A stretch of 64,000 nt of DNA, from contig JABDAL010000001.1 of NCBI GenBank assembly GCA_013289165.1, forward strand, positions 9,603 through 73,602. Reading direction: 5' to 3'. The DNA is from Bacteroidota bacterium (GTDB taxonomy: Bacteria > Bacteroidota > Bacteroidia > JABEUT01). The notes under the pieces were generated by a model. The model was not told the DNA's origin and made no database searches. It saw only the letters and a list, made by a program, of their open reading frames with translations. Below are positions 36,943-47,835 of the stretch, piece by piece. Both the position numbers and the translations under genes were made by a program. How positions within the stretch are numbered: position 1 is the stretch's first letter; each line of letters starts with the position of its first letter.

Positions 36943-39714
36943 GTGAAAAAAGTACTGGGGGTCAGCATTTTTCTTTTATTGTCAGGTTTTCTATATGCAA
37001 CACACCAGGTAGGGGGGCTTATTATCTTTAAATGGTTAGGTGGATATACTTACCAGTTTACAATAATAGATTATACCAATACATGGCTAACCAGTGCCGA
37101 CAGGGATACCATACGTATACATTATGGTGATGGCAGTGGCGCCTATAGCACGGAATTATTGAGCAGGCAAAATGGACTTAGTGGCGAGGCCTTATTTGGT
37201 AATGGTGACCCAACTCCCAATGGTGTACCGATTTGCAATTACGATTTTGATGCTACACCACCTGTAGTTCTTAGTGGTGCCCGGAAAATTAATATATACG
37301 AGGGGACCGCTCATAATTTTCCCGGCCCGGGGACTTATCGTGTTTGGATGGATGACCCAGACAGGATGGCGAACATTAATAATATCAACGGCTCTGTGAA
37401 TATTGATTATTATATGTATACTACCTTGGTAATTCAGGATATTGCTATTGCCCAGCCTGTAAATTCCCCGGTAATTACCAATCCTCCCGTTTGTCAATAT
37501 GGTTGTGTAGGCCAATGTTATAATTATAACCCCGGAGCCTATATTCCTATCCCACCGTCAGTTGGAGATGACAGTATTTCTTATTCTTTGGGTAAGAGCC
37601 TTACTACAGGTGGTGAAATAGCCGGTGAGTATACTCTTCCCGCTTCAACCACCATTGACCCTAAAACAGGTAGCTTATCCTGGTGCGCAACTGTCAAAGG
37701 CATCTGGAACTTTGTGATTTTAATGACCACTTATACAAGAACCTATGTTGATTCGGTAAAGGAATTAGTTCCCCTTGATACGGTAGAACTGGAGTTGGAA
37801 GTAGATATAAATACAGATTGTTATCCTCCTATTATTAATAGTGAAGATACGTGTGTGGAAGCAGGTGGTACAGCAATCATTAAATACACGGCAAAAAATA
37901 ATCCTGCTGCGAATCCTCCTCAATTACTTTATGTGAGTTATGCCGGAGAGCCTTTCTCACAGACGCCTCCTGCTACGTTAACGGATGACAACCCTCCACC
38001 ACCGACATATACGTTGCACCCGGTATTTAACTGGGTTACTAATTGTGGAGAAGTACGTGATAACCCGTATTCTGCGATATTGGAGGCAACCGAGAAAGAA
38101 CTTTCCAATAGCGATTTATCAGATTCTGTTTATTATAGCAGTTATGGCACTTCCAACATTACTGTGGTTGGCCCTGCGCCTCCGCACCTGATGGCAACTA
38201 TACAGGGTACTACAGTTTGTTTACACTGGGGCCCAAGCCCATGTCCGCAAGCTACAGGGTATAATATATACCGGGCGGTGGGGTGTGTGAACTTCGAGCG
38301 AGATATATGTACTACAGGAGTTCCATCAGGCAGTGGTTTTAAAAAGATTGCAACCAATATGGGGCTGGATGATACCACTTATTGCGATGATAATGGCGGT
38401 AACGGACTATCTCCCGGGGTTCATTATAGCTATGTGGTAGATGCTATTTACCCATTTCCGGATGTATCCCAAAGCCTTGCTTCCAATGATACCTGTGTGG
38501 AAATTAAGTTTAATGTACCTCTTATTACCAATGTAAGTGTTACTGAAACAGACCCCAAACAGGGTGAAATTTTTATCCGCTGGATGCGGCCATTTGCCGA
38601 TAGCGCTGATTTAGATACCAATAAGCTTGCACGTCCATACAAATATGTGTTAATGAGGGCAAGCGGAATGAATGGGCAGAAGTTTTTACGCATAGATTCT
38701 GTAACTTCCAACACTTTTAGAACTACTAATTTAGATACGACCTTTAAAGATACCCGGTTAGATACCCAGGATAGCAGTTATAATTACAAGGTAGATTTTT
38801 ATGGTAATACCCTGTTTATAGGCCCTTCAGCTACGGCTTCGTCAATATATCTTCGATTACGGAGAGGGGACAGTTTGATGATACTTAACTGGCAATCATC
38901 CGTGCCTTGGACAGATAGCCTCTATTACATATACAGGAAAGATCCGGGTGGAAATGGATATAACAAAATAGATTCGGCATTGAAAAAAACGTACACTGAT
39001 ACTAAGCTTACAAATGGCTACCAATACTGCTATTATGTCGAATCCGTTAGTCATTACCTGGGTGCCAGAATAGCAACTCTTTATGATTCATCAGAAACCA
39101 TATGCGGAACCCCAATTGATACTATTCCTCCCTGTTCTCCTCCACTGACAGTGAATGTAAAATGTGCTCTTTATGAAGATTCTCTCGTATGGAGCAACCC
39201 AACCAGGTTATGTCATAAGGCAACTAAAGTAGTGAGTTACCAGGTGTTTTATTCACCTTATGAAAATGGCGACATGTATAGTATCGCCACTATTAATAAT
39301 CCTGAAGATACCGTATATGTAAATGCAAACCTAAGCTCTGTAGCAGGTTGCTATGCTGTGCTTGCTTTTGATTCGGCAGGAAGGGTGAGTCCATTCAATA
39401 CTATTTGTGTAGATAACTGTCCTCTTTATTCATTGCCTAATGTATTTACCCCCAATGGAGACGGGAAGAATGACTTCTTTACTCCTTTGGAACCATACCG
39501 GTACGTAAAAAGCATAGATATGAGTGTTTATAACCGTTGGGGGCAACTTGTTTTTCATACCACTGACCCTGCTATTAACTGGAATGGCATGGTAGATAAT
39601 ACGGGCGGAACTTGCCCTGATGGGGTATATTTTTATGTGTGCGTAGTGAATGAAATACGCCTTGCAGGTATTGTCCCCATTACCCTGAAGGGCTTCATAG
39701 AAATAATAAGATAG
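36943..39714 (+). CDS. large cell-surface protein with gliding-motility-associated C-terminal domain (T9SS type B sorting domain)
   Basis: GTG start with signal peptide. C-terminus LPNVFTPNGDGKNDFFTPL...VYNRWGQLVFHTTDPAINWNG...GVYFYV. Confidence 0.8.
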   Translation: MKKVLGVSIFLLLSGFLYATHQVGGLIIFKWLGGYTYQFTIIDYTNTWLTSADRDTIRIHYGDGSGAYSTELLSRQNGLSGEALFGNGDPTPNGVPICNYDFDATPPVVLSGARKINIYEGTAHNFPGPGTYRVWMDDPDRMANINNINGSVNIDYYMYTTLVIQDIAIAQPVNSPVITNPPVCQYGCVGQCYNYNPGAYIPIPPSVGDDSISYSLGKSLTTGGEIAGEYTLPASTTIDPKTGSLSWCATVKGIWNFVILMTTYTRTYVDSVKELVPLDTVELELEVDINTDCYPPIINSEDTCVEAGGTAIIKYTAKNNPAANPPQLLYVSYAGEPFSQTPPATLTDDNPPPPTYTLHPVFNWVTNCGEVRDNPYSAILEATEKELSNSDLSDSVYYSSYGTSNITVVGPAPPHLMATIQGTTVCLHWGPSPCPQATGYNIYRAVGCVNFERDICTTGVPSGSGFKKIATNMGLDDTTYCDDNGGNGLSPGVHYSYVVDAIYPFPDVSQSLASNDTCVEIKFNVPLITNVSVTETDPKQGEIFIRWMRPFADSADLDTNKLARPYKYVLMRASGMNGQKFLRIDSVTSNTFRTTNLDTTFKDTRLDTQDSSYNYKVDFYGNTLFIGPSATASSIYLRLRRGDSLMILNWQSSVPWTDSLYYIYRKDPGGNGYNKIDSALKKTYTDTKLTNGYQYCYYVESVSHYLGARIATLYDSSETICGTPIDTIPPCSPPLTVNVKCALYEDSLVWSNPTRLCHKATKVVSYQVFYSPYENGDMYSIATINNPEDTVYVNANLSSVAGCYAVLAFDSAGRVSPFNTICVDNCPLYSLPNVFTPNGDGKNDFFTPLEPYRYVKSIDMSVYNRWGQLVFHTTDPAINWNGMVDNTGGTCPDGVYFYVCVVNEIRLAGIVPITLKGFIEIIR

Positions 39715-39717
39715 GGT

Positions 39718-40479
39718 TTACAACTCTATTTGTAATCCATCATACGCGAGACGGATATTAGCAGGTAATTCTTTTTCTACATCCACATGCTTTCCTAACT
39801 GATGGCTTATATGGGTAAGGTATGTCTTTTGGGGTTTCAGGTCATTAATTTGTTCTATAGCTTCATCCAGGCTAAAATGAGATATATGCTTTTCTTTCCG
39901 GAGGGCATTTAATACCAGTACCTCTGAGCCATATATCTTGCTTTTTTCTTCATCGGGTATTTTATTGGCATCGGTGATATACGTAAAATCATTGATACGA
40001 AAGCCCCAAATGGGTAATTGATAATGCATTACCCTTATGGGGATAAATTTGGTTTGTCCAATCATGAAAGGCTGGCCGGTTATAGGGTGCATAATTATTT
40101 CGGGTATCCCCGGGTATTTCTCGGGTGAAAAAACATACCAAAGAGTTCTTCTTAAAGCTTTTTCCACATTGTCATCGGCATATACGTCAACAGCCTTTCC
40201 CATAGCGAAGTTAAACGCCCTTATGTCATCCAGGCCTGCCACATGGTCGCGGTGTTCATGGGTAAATATAACGGCATCCAGCCTTTTCACATTCTCATTT
40301 AGCATTTGTTGGCGGAAATCGGGCCCTGTGTCTATTACAAATACCTTCCCTCCATCTTCAATCATAACAGATGAGCGCAATCTTTTATCCCTGCTATCAG
40401 TGGAGGTGCATACCTCACAGCCGCACCCAATAAGGGGTACTCCTTGCGACGTACCTGTACCGAGAAATGTAACTTTCAA
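39718..40479 (-). CDS. MBL-fold metallo-hydrolase
   Basis: HxHxDH motif (FTHEHRDHVAGLDD). About 253 aa, PhnP-like size. Confidence 0.8.
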   Translation of the reverse strand: MKVTFLGTGTSQGVPLIGCGCEVCTSTDSRDKRLRSSVMIEDGGKVFVIDTGPDFRQQMLNENVKRLDAVIFTHEHRDHVAGLDDIRAFNFAMGKAVDVYADDNVEKALRRTLWYVFSPEKYPGIPEIIMHPITGQPFMIGQTKFIPIRVMHYQLPIWGFRINDFTYITDANKIPDEEKSKIYGSEVLVLNALRKEKHISHFSLDEAIEQINDLKPQKTYLTHISHQLGKHVDVEKELPANIRLAYDGLQIEL

Positions 40480-40644
40480 GACTATAATTAATTAGTAGCA
40501 CGAAAATACGAAAAGTAGAAATAGGCTAAAGAGTATGTGGGATAAATAACCCAATATGAAAACCATGAAAATATGCAAATAAGGTTATGAACAGAGGGAA
40601 AAAAAATAAGTTTTGCCAATAAGCTAATTAATAAGAAAAACAGA

Positions 40645-40652
40645 TAATTTTG
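40645..40652 (+). promoter_or_regulatory. candidate -7 box TAATTTTG for purH
   Basis: Exact TAnnTTTG 40 nt upstream of the ATG at 40692. Confidence 0.3.
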
Positions 40653-40691
40653 CGAGAAATGTGAAAAATCCAGAATTGACCTGATAAAATA

Positions 40692-42194
40692 ATGAAAAAC
40701 GCACTCGTATCGGTATTTGATAAAGAAGGATTAGAACCAATTGTACGCCAACTTAATAAATGCGGAGTTACCATTTTCAGCACAGGTGGGACACAAAAAT
40801 TTATTGAAAGCCTCGGAATTGAAGTGGTTCCGGTGGAAGATATTACTTCCTTCCCCCCGATACTTGGAGGAAGGGTTAAAACGCTGCACCCACGTGTGTT
40901 TGGAGGTATATTAGGCAGGAGAGATTTAGCTGCTGATTTGGCAGAGCTTGATAAATATGAGATACCACCTTTTGATTTTGTTGTGGTAGACCTGTATCCT
41001 TTTGAAAAAACTGTTGCAGAAGGCAAGCCAGATGATGAAATTATTGAAAAAATAGATATTGGTGGTATATCCCTTATCCGTGCGGCTGCTAAGAATTACC
41101 AGTATGTAATAATAATTCCATCAAAAGATGAATATGGAAAATTACTGGATATTTTAACCAATCAAAATGGAGAATCTACTGTAGAACTCCGCAAAGAGCT
41201 TGCACGAAGGGCTTTTGAAGTAACATCCAACTACGACACGCAGATTAATATATGGTTTTCGGGTGAAGGAATGTGTTTTAATAAAAAAATATTTGGTGCA
41301 AAAACTTTGCGGTATGGAGAAAATCCTCACCAAAAAGCAGCTTTCTATGGTAATCTCGACGAGGTTTTTACACAACTTCATGGTAAGGAACTTTCGTATA
41401 ATAACTTGCTTGATATAGATGCAGCTTTTAACTTGATAGGTGAGTTTAATGAAACTACATTTGCTATAATAAAACATAATAACGCTTGCGGGCTTGCTTC
41501 GCGTAAATCATTGCCGGATGCATGGAAGGATGCTCTTGCCGGCGATCCTGTTTCAGCTTTTGGTGGGATATTAATTACGAATGCGGGTATTGACGAAGCT
41601 ACTGCAAAAGAAATAGATAATTTATTTTTTGAAGTATTAATTACTCCTTCATTCGCGAGTGAAGCATTGGATATTTTGAAACGGAGAAAGAACAGGATGT
41701 TGCTGCAATCTCACCCGTTTAAATTTCCGGAACGAAATTTCCGCTCTTTGCTCAATGGAGTAGTAGAACAGGACAGGGATTGGAAAACAGACCGTATAGC
41801 TGATATGAGGCAGGCAACCAAATTGGCTCCTACTGATAATGAAAAAACAGATTTGGAATTTGCCAATAAAATTGTGAAACACTTGAAGTCAAATACAATT
41901 GTATTGGCTAAGAATAAGCAATTGTTAGCAGCCGGAACCGGGCAAACATCCCGCGTAGATGCTTTAAAGCAAGCTATTGAAAAAGCAAAAAGTTTCGGGT
42001 TTGATTTACACGGAAGCGTTATGGCGTCAGATGCATTTTTCCCTTTCCCGGATTGTGTAGAGATTGCGCATCACGCAGGAATAACTTCTGTTATACAGCC
42101 CGGAGGCTCTATAAACGATGAAAAGTCAATTGCGTATTGTGATGAAAATAATATGTCAATGGTATTAACAGGTACACGCCACTTTAAACACTGA
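40692..42194 (+). CDS. purH: bifunctional AICAR transformylase / IMP cyclohydrolase
   Basis: N-terminal MGS-like domain (ALVSVFDKEGL, STGGT, GGRVKTLHP) and a C-terminal AICARFT domain ending TGTRHFKH. Confidence 0.92.
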   Translation: MKNALVSVFDKEGLEPIVRQLNKCGVTIFSTGGTQKFIESLGIEVVPVEDITSFPPILGGRVKTLHPRVFGGILGRRDLAADLAELDKYEIPPFDFVVVDLYPFEKTVAEGKPDDEIIEKIDIGGISLIRAAAKNYQYVIIIPSKDEYGKLLDILTNQNGESTVELRKELARRAFEVTSNYDTQINIWFSGEGMCFNKKIFGAKTLRYGENPHQKAAFYGNLDEVFTQLHGKELSYNNLLDIDAAFNLIGEFNETTFAIIKHNNACGLASRKSLPDAWKDALAGDPVSAFGGILITNAGIDEATAKEIDNLFFEVLITPSFASEALDILKRRKNRMLLQSHPFKFPERNFRSLLNGVVEQDRDWKTDRIADMRQATKLAPTDNEKTDLEFANKIVKHLKSNTIVLAKNKQLLAAGTGQTSRVDALKQAIEKAKSFGFDLHGSVMASDAFFPFPDCVEIAHHAGITSVIQPGGSINDEKSIAYCDENNMSMVLTGTRHFKH

Positions 42195-42217
42195 TTACAC
42201 TCTTTAATAAATGACTC

Positions 42218-43243
42218 ATGGGATTATTTAGCTTTTTACAGCAAGACATAGCAATAGACCTTGGTACTGCCAATACCATTATTATTCATAACGATAAGGT
42301 AGTAGTGGATGAGCCCTCTATTGTGGCTATGGACAGGATGACAGGCAAGGTAATTGCGATTGGTAGAATTGCCCAACAAATGCATGGTAAAACACATGAA
42401 AATATAAAAACAATACGTCCCTTAAAGGATGGAGTAATTGCTGATTTCCATGCTGCAGAGCACATGATACGTGAATTAATCAGGATGATACACACCGGCA
42501 AGAGATTGTTTACCCCTTCTTTGCGTATGGTTATTTGTATTCCTTCCGGGATTACTCCGGTAGAGCAGCGTGCTGTAAGGGATTCCGCAGAACATGCCGG
42601 GGGGAAGGAAGTATACTTGTTACATGAACCTATGGCTGCAGCTATAGGTATTGGTATCGATGTGGAAGAGCCGATGGGTAACCTTATTGTGGATATTGGA
42701 GGCGGTACAACCGATATTGCCGTAATTGCACTGGGCGGAATAGTTTGCGATAATTCTATTCGTGTAGCCGGGGATGAATTTACTGCCGATATTGAGGAAT
42801 ATATGCGCCGCCAGCATAATATGCTCATTGGTGAAAGAACAGCAGAAAGAGTAAAGATAGAAGTGGGTGCAGCTATATCGGAACTGGAAAATCCTCCACC
42901 TGATTATCCTGTTCATGGAAGGGATCTTATGACCGGTATTCCTAAGGAGATACAAGTATCTTATTCGGAGATTGCACATGCGGTGGATAAATCTATTTCA
43001 AAGATTGAAGAGGCTATTTTGCAAGCGCTGGAAAAAACCCCGCCTGAACTTTCAGCAGATATTTACCGGACCGGAATATATCTTGCAGGGGGTGGTTCTA
43101 TGCTTCGCGGACTGGATAAGCGTATTTCTATTCGTACTAAACTTCCTGTCCACATTGCAGAGGATCCGCTAAGGGCAGTTGCACGTGGCGCCGGTATTGC
43201 ATTAAAAAATATTCACAGATTCCCTTTCCTGCTCAAGTCCTGA
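42218..43243 (+). CDS. mreB: rod shape-determining protein MreB
   Basis: Actin-fold motifs (DLGTANT, EPMAAAIG, DIGGGTTD, LAGGGSMLRGLD). Confidence 0.95.
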   Translation: MGLFSFLQQDIAIDLGTANTIIIHNDKVVVDEPSIVAMDRMTGKVIAIGRIAQQMHGKTHENIKTIRPLKDGVIADFHAAEHMIRELIRMIHTGKRLFTPSLRMVICIPSGITPVEQRAVRDSAEHAGGKEVYLLHEPMAAAIGIGIDVEEPMGNLIVDIGGGTTDIAVIALGGIVCDNSIRVAGDEFTADIEEYMRRQHNMLIGERTAERVKIEVGAAISELENPPPDYPVHGRDLMTGIPKEIQVSYSEIAHAVDKSISKIEEAILQALEKTPPELSADIYRTGIYLAGGGSMLRGLDKRISIRTKLPVHIAEDPLRAVARGAGIALKNIHRFPFLLKS

Positions 43244-43279
43244 GCATAGTTTATGTAACATGGAAAAACAACATGGTCC

Positions 43280-44155
43280 ATGTCTGGTATAATTGCATTT
43301 CTAAGAAAGTTTTATTTTCTTGTTCTATTTCTTTGTTTGGAAATAGCTTCCCTGGTGTTTGTTTTTACTAATAATTATTACCACGAGGCAGGCTTTTTCA
43401 ATTCATCTAATAGAATAACAGGAGGAGTATATAGTGCGTATTCAGGTATTCTGTCTTATTTCAATTTGAAAAATGTTAATGCGCAGTTGGCGCAAGAAAA
43501 CACACGTCTTTTAAATTTAGTTTCGGAAAGAAAGGACACTTCCAATCACAAAAAGTCACCTGAAACAAATCCTTTTGGAGAACAATTCAATTTTATCCCA
43601 GCCGGGGTAATTGATAATTCTACTAATCTACCGAACAATTATATAACCCTTAATGCAGGCTCTGAACAGGGCATTGGGGAGGGCATGGGTGTAATAAGCC
43701 CTCAGGGGATTGTAGGAGTAGTTATAAAAACATCTGCACATTATTCGGTGGTGATGTCATTACTGCATAAGAAAATATTAGTGAGTGTTATGTTTAAAAA
43801 GAGCGGAACTTTTGGGACTCTTTCATGGAACGAAGAGCTAACTCCTCATGCCAATTGGCCGGGTGGAGACTATCGTTTTGCAACCTTGGCTCAAATCCCA
43901 ATGAGTGAGAAAATACGGATTGGTGATACTATTACAACAAGCGGGTATTCCAATATTTTTCCCAAAGGTATAATGGTTGGAACGGTGTATGATTATAAAT
44001 CTATACCCGAATTGTATTTCTACGTTATACGTGTAAAGCTATCAACCGATTTTAAGAACCTGAAATATGTTTATGTGGTAACTGATTTGAAAAAAATTGA
44101 AAAGGAAAACCTGGAAACTACTGCGGAGAACTCATTAAATGATAAGAAGAAATGA
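43280..44155 (+). CDS. mreC: rod shape-determining protein MreC
   Basis: N-terminal TM helix, coiled-coil (LAQENTRLLN), and beta-rich C-terminal domains. Sits between mreB and mreD. Confidence 0.8.
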   Translation: MSGIIAFLRKFYFLVLFLCLEIASLVFVFTNNYYHEAGFFNSSNRITGGVYSAYSGILSYFNLKNVNAQLAQENTRLLNLVSERKDTSNHKKSPETNPFGEQFNFIPAGVIDNSTNLPNNYITLNAGSEQGIGEGMGVISPQGIVGVVIKTSAHYSVVMSLLHKKILVSVMFKKSGTFGTLSWNEELTPHANWPGGDYRFATLAQIPMSEKIRIGDTITTSGYSNIFPKGIMVGTVYDYKSIPELYFYVIRVKLSTDFKNLKYVYVVTDLKKIEKENLETTAENSLNDKKK

Positions 44156-44664
44156 TAATAGAGATAGGTAAAAATATTTTACGGTTTCTATTTTTTATCT
44201 TGTTGCAAGTGACTATTGTAAGGCATCTTGATTTAGGAATATATTTCAATCCTTTCTTTTTTATCGGGGCTATATTAATGCTTCCTCTGCAAGCAGATAA
44301 AACCCTTGTGCTAGTAATTGCTTTTGTTGCAGGATTAGTAGTGGATATGTTTTATAATACCATGGGTATGAATGCTGCTGCATGTACTTTTATGGCATTT
44401 TGCAGGCCATGGGCATTGCAAATTTACTCTCCTGCGGGAGAGTATAATGCAGATGCTACAGCTACGGTGGGGTCTATGGGAGTTGGCTGGATGATACGGT
44501 ATGCAGGTACATTGATACTTCTTCATCACACTGTTTTGTTTTACCTGGAAGCATTTTCATTTTACGGTTTTTTTACTACACTGGCTAAAGTGATTTTGAG
44601 TAGCATTGCTACGCTCATTCTTATTTTAATTACACAGAGTTTATTTTTCAGAAACGTATCATGA
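44152..44664 (+). CDS. mreD: rod shape-determining protein MreD
   Basis: 170-aa polytopic membrane protein, overlapped with mreC and mrdA (ATGA junctions). Confidence 0.7.
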   Translation: MIIEIGKNILRFLFFILLQVTIVRHLDLGIYFNPFFFIGAILMLPLQADKTLVLVIAFVAGLVVDMFYNTMGMNAAACTFMAFCRPWALQIYSPAGEYNADATATVGSMGVGWMIRYAGTLILLHHTVLFYLEAFSFYGFFTTLAKVILSSIATLILILITQSLFFRNVS

Positions 44665-46577
44665 ATACTCTTTTTGCAGACCGGAAATATATTATTGGCG
44701 GGATTTTCCTGGTTGCCTGTGTTGCCTTTATCATTCGCATGTTTTACATGCAATTGATAGATGAAACTCTCAAATTAGATGCCAGTAACGAAACGTTCCG
44801 GCATATTACCCAGTATCCCCCTAGGGGATGTATCTATGACCGTAACGGGCGTTTGCTGGTTACTAATGAAGCTGCTTATGATATTATGGTAACACCGTCG
44901 CTGATAAAAGATTTTGATACGGCTTCATTCTGCAATGACCTGGGCATTACCAAGGCTGATTTTATTGCAGGAATTAAAAAAGCCATTGTGCAGAATACTG
45001 CATATCACGCTTCGGTATTCATGAAAGAAGTAACGCCAGAAATTTATGCGGCATTCCAGGAGAAACTGTATAAATATCACGGATTCACTTCACAGGTGCG
45101 CACGGTGAGAAGGTATCCTATGAAAGTAGCCCCTCATATTTTAGGATACATTGGAGAAGTCGATAAAGAGCTATGCGAGCGCAATCCGGATTATAGGGAG
45201 GGTGATTATATTGGTATTAGCGGGATAGAAGAGTCTTACGAAAATGATTTGAAGGGGAAAAAGGGTGTCAGGATAATGATGTTTGATGCAATGAACAAGG
45301 AAGTAGGTGATTATAAAAGTGGAAAATTTGATACACTTCCTATTACAGGCGCTAATCTCACTTGCACAATTGATGCGGAATTACAGGAGTATGGTGAAAA
45401 GCTGATGCAAAATAAAGCAGGGAGTATTGTTGCTATTGACCCTGAAACAGGTGAAATATTAACCCTTGTTTCGAGTCCCTATTATGACCCGAATATGATG
45501 GTGGGAAGTGTACGGGCAAAAAACTATGCAAAACTTTTGCGCGACAGTATTGATGTCCCTTTATTTAACCGGGCGTTGATGGCTATGTATCCTCCCGGTT
45601 CAACATTTAAAACTATCGAAGCACTTATCGGACAGCAGGAAGGGGTTCTCAATGAAAATACCACTTATACTTGTCCGGGCGGCTTTCATATAGGAAATAT
45701 TTCGGTTGCCTGTGATGCAGTGCATGGTACATTGAAATTGGAGAAAGCTATCGCATTTTCTTGTAATACTTATTTCTGCAATGTGTTTATGAGTATTATG
45801 AATAACAAGAAATATTCTTCTACTGAAGAAGCTTTCAACGCATGGAGAAGATATGTAACCAGCTTTGGTATTGGTATACATCCTGATATTGATTTGCCAA
45901 GTGCACTCAGGGGGTCGTTACCCACACAAAATTACTATGACAAATACCATGGCGCAGGGCATTGGAAAGCGGCTACTATTATTTCTCTTGCAATAGGGCA
46001 GGGAGAGTTGGGAGTTACACCTTTGCAACTTGCTAACCAGGCTGCTATTATTGGCAATAGAGGATATTATTTTGTTCCGCATATTATTAAATCGGTAGGT
46101 GATAAGCCAACTGTAAAAAAATATGCTACGAAGCACTATGTTCCCATAGACCCGCAGTATTTTGATATTGTTGCGGATGGCATGTGTGATGTGATGAACG
46201 AAGGTACGGCAGCAGCCAGCAAAATCCCCGGAATTATTATGTGCGGGAAAACCGGTACAGCACAAAATCCCACCGGCCGGAATAATTCCTTATTCATTGC
46301 TTTTGCTCCTAAAGACCATCCCCGTATTGCAATAAGTGTGGTAGTAGAGCGGGGAGGGCAAGGGGCGCATTGGGCTGCACCAATTGCGAGTTTGATGATT
46401 GAAAAATATCTGAATGATACTATTAAAAGGGCTGATAGAGAAACAAGGATGCTGGAAGGCAATACCATTCAATATTTAGCAGATGAAAAATTGAACCCAA
46501 AACCCAATCGTAAAAAGAAGCACAATTCGACCGGGCAAAGAACAGCAGCAGTAGGGCATAAACACAAGGATGAGTGA
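44661..46577 (+). CDS. mrdA: penicillin-binding protein 2 (elongasome transpeptidase)
   Basis: PBP dimerisation domain plus transpeptidase motifs STFK, SCN and KTGTA. Confidence 0.9.
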   Translation: MNTLFADRKYIIGGIFLVACVAFIIRMFYMQLIDETLKLDASNETFRHITQYPPRGCIYDRNGRLLVTNEAAYDIMVTPSLIKDFDTASFCNDLGITKADFIAGIKKAIVQNTAYHASVFMKEVTPEIYAAFQEKLYKYHGFTSQVRTVRRYPMKVAPHILGYIGEVDKELCERNPDYREGDYIGISGIEESYENDLKGKKGVRIMMFDAMNKEVGDYKSGKFDTLPITGANLTCTIDAELQEYGEKLMQNKAGSIVAIDPETGEILTLVSSPYYDPNMMVGSVRAKNYAKLLRDSIDVPLFNRALMAMYPPGSTFKTIEALIGQQEGVLNENTTYTCPGGFHIGNISVACDAVHGTLKLEKAIAFSCNTYFCNVFMSIMNNKKYSSTEEAFNAWRRYVTSFGIGIHPDIDLPSALRGSLPTQNYYDKYHGAGHWKAATIISLAIGQGELGVTPLQLANQAAIIGNRGYYFVPHIIKSVGDKPTVKKYATKHYVPIDPQYFDIVADGMCDVMNEGTAAASKIPGIIMCGKTGTAQNPTGRNNSLFIAFAPKDHPRIAISVVVERGGQGAHWAAPIASLMIEKYLNDTIKRADRETRMLEGNTIQYLADEKLNPKPNRKKKHNSTGQRTAAVGHKHKDE

Positions 46578-47835
46578 CCGCCGCAATAATATTGTTCCCC
46601 ACATTGACTGGTTCTCCATCAGCATTTATGGTGCTTTGGTGCTAATTGGGTGGCTCAATATTTATTCGGCCGTTAATAATCCCCTGCATCCAAGCATATT
46701 TGATTTTTCGCAACGCTACGGAAAGCAATTTATTTGGATAATTACAGGCTTCGTGATGGCACTGCTTGTTATGGCTTCCGATGCCAGTTTCTTTTCTGTT
46801 TTTGCATATCCGCTTTATGGGATTACTGTGTTAGGACTTATTGCTGTGCGATTTGTTGGAAGGGATATTGCCGGGAGCCATTCCTGGTTCCGGATAGGGG
46901 AGATAGGGATACAGCCTGCCGAACTTGGAATTTTTGCTATCAACCTGGGGCTCGCTAAATATCTAAGTAATGAAAAAAAGGCCTCTGATTTAAAAAAAAT
47001 CCGCCTGGTGGCGGCTGCTATGGTAATGATGCCTATGCTTCTTATTATTATTCAAAATGAAACAGGAGTGGCTGTTACTTATTCCGCTTTTATTTTTGTT
47101 CTATACAGGGAGGGCTTGTCGGGCAATATACTTTTAGGAGGTTTTTTATTAATAACTCTTTTTATCCTCGCTTTAGTGGGAAATAAAATTATTCTTTCAG
47201 CAATTTTAGCCGGGCTTGCATTAATGGGCTTTCTTCTTTTTACACGGAGAAAAGTGAAGGACCTTACAAAAATAGGAGGGATACTGGTATTCTGCCTGGC
47301 GATAATTTTTGGAACTAATTATGGTTTTAATCACCTTGAACTTCACCAGAAAAAAAGGATACAGGTTTTTTTGCAGCAGAATGTAAATAATAGCAAAGAG
47401 GGATATAATTTACACCAGGCTGAAATTGCCATTGGTTCCGGAGGGCTTTACGGGAAAGGATATTTACAGGGTACACAAGCGAAGTTAAATTATGTTCCGG
47501 CTCACGCTACTGATTTTATTTTTGTTACTCCCTGCGAAGAGTGGGGCTTTATTGGAGCAGCATTTATTGTGATATTGTATTTTGTACTTATCGTCCGGCT
47601 TATATTTTTGGCGGAAAGGCAGCGCTCCGTTTTCAGCCGTATTTATGGATATGGAGTTGCTTCTATATTTTTTATTCACGTTGCCATTAATGTGGGGATG
47701 AACCTCGGGCTGATGCCTGTAATTGGTATCCCGCTTCCGTTTATAAGTTATGGAGGCTCTTCCTTTTGGGCATTTACATTGTTACTTTTTATTTTCCTGC
47801 GTTTAGATGCAGACAGATTGCAGATATTGCGTTAA
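46570..47835 (+). CDS. rodA: rod shape-determining protein RodA (SEDS family)
   Basis: FtsW/RodA/SpoVE family polytopic protein (TDFIF, PLPFISYGGSS). Confidence 0.9.
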   Translation: MSDRRNNIVPHIDWFSISIYGALVLIGWLNIYSAVNNPLHPSIFDFSQRYGKQFIWIITGFVMALLVMASDASFFSVFAYPLYGITVLGLIAVRFVGRDIAGSHSWFRIGEIGIQPAELGIFAINLGLAKYLSNEKKASDLKKIRLVAAAMVMMPMLLIIIQNETGVAVTYSAFIFVLYREGLSGNILLGGFLLITLFILALVGNKIILSAILAGLALMGFLLFTRRKVKDLTKIGGILVFCLAIIFGTNYGFNHLELHQKKRIQVFLQQNVNNSKEGYNLHQAEIAIGSGGLYGKGYLQGTQAKLNYVPAHATDFIFVTPCEEWGFIGAAFIVILYFVLIVRLIFLAERQRSVFSRIYGYGVASIFFIHVAINVGMNLGLMPVIGIPLPFISYGGSSFWAFTLLLFIFLRLDADRLQILR

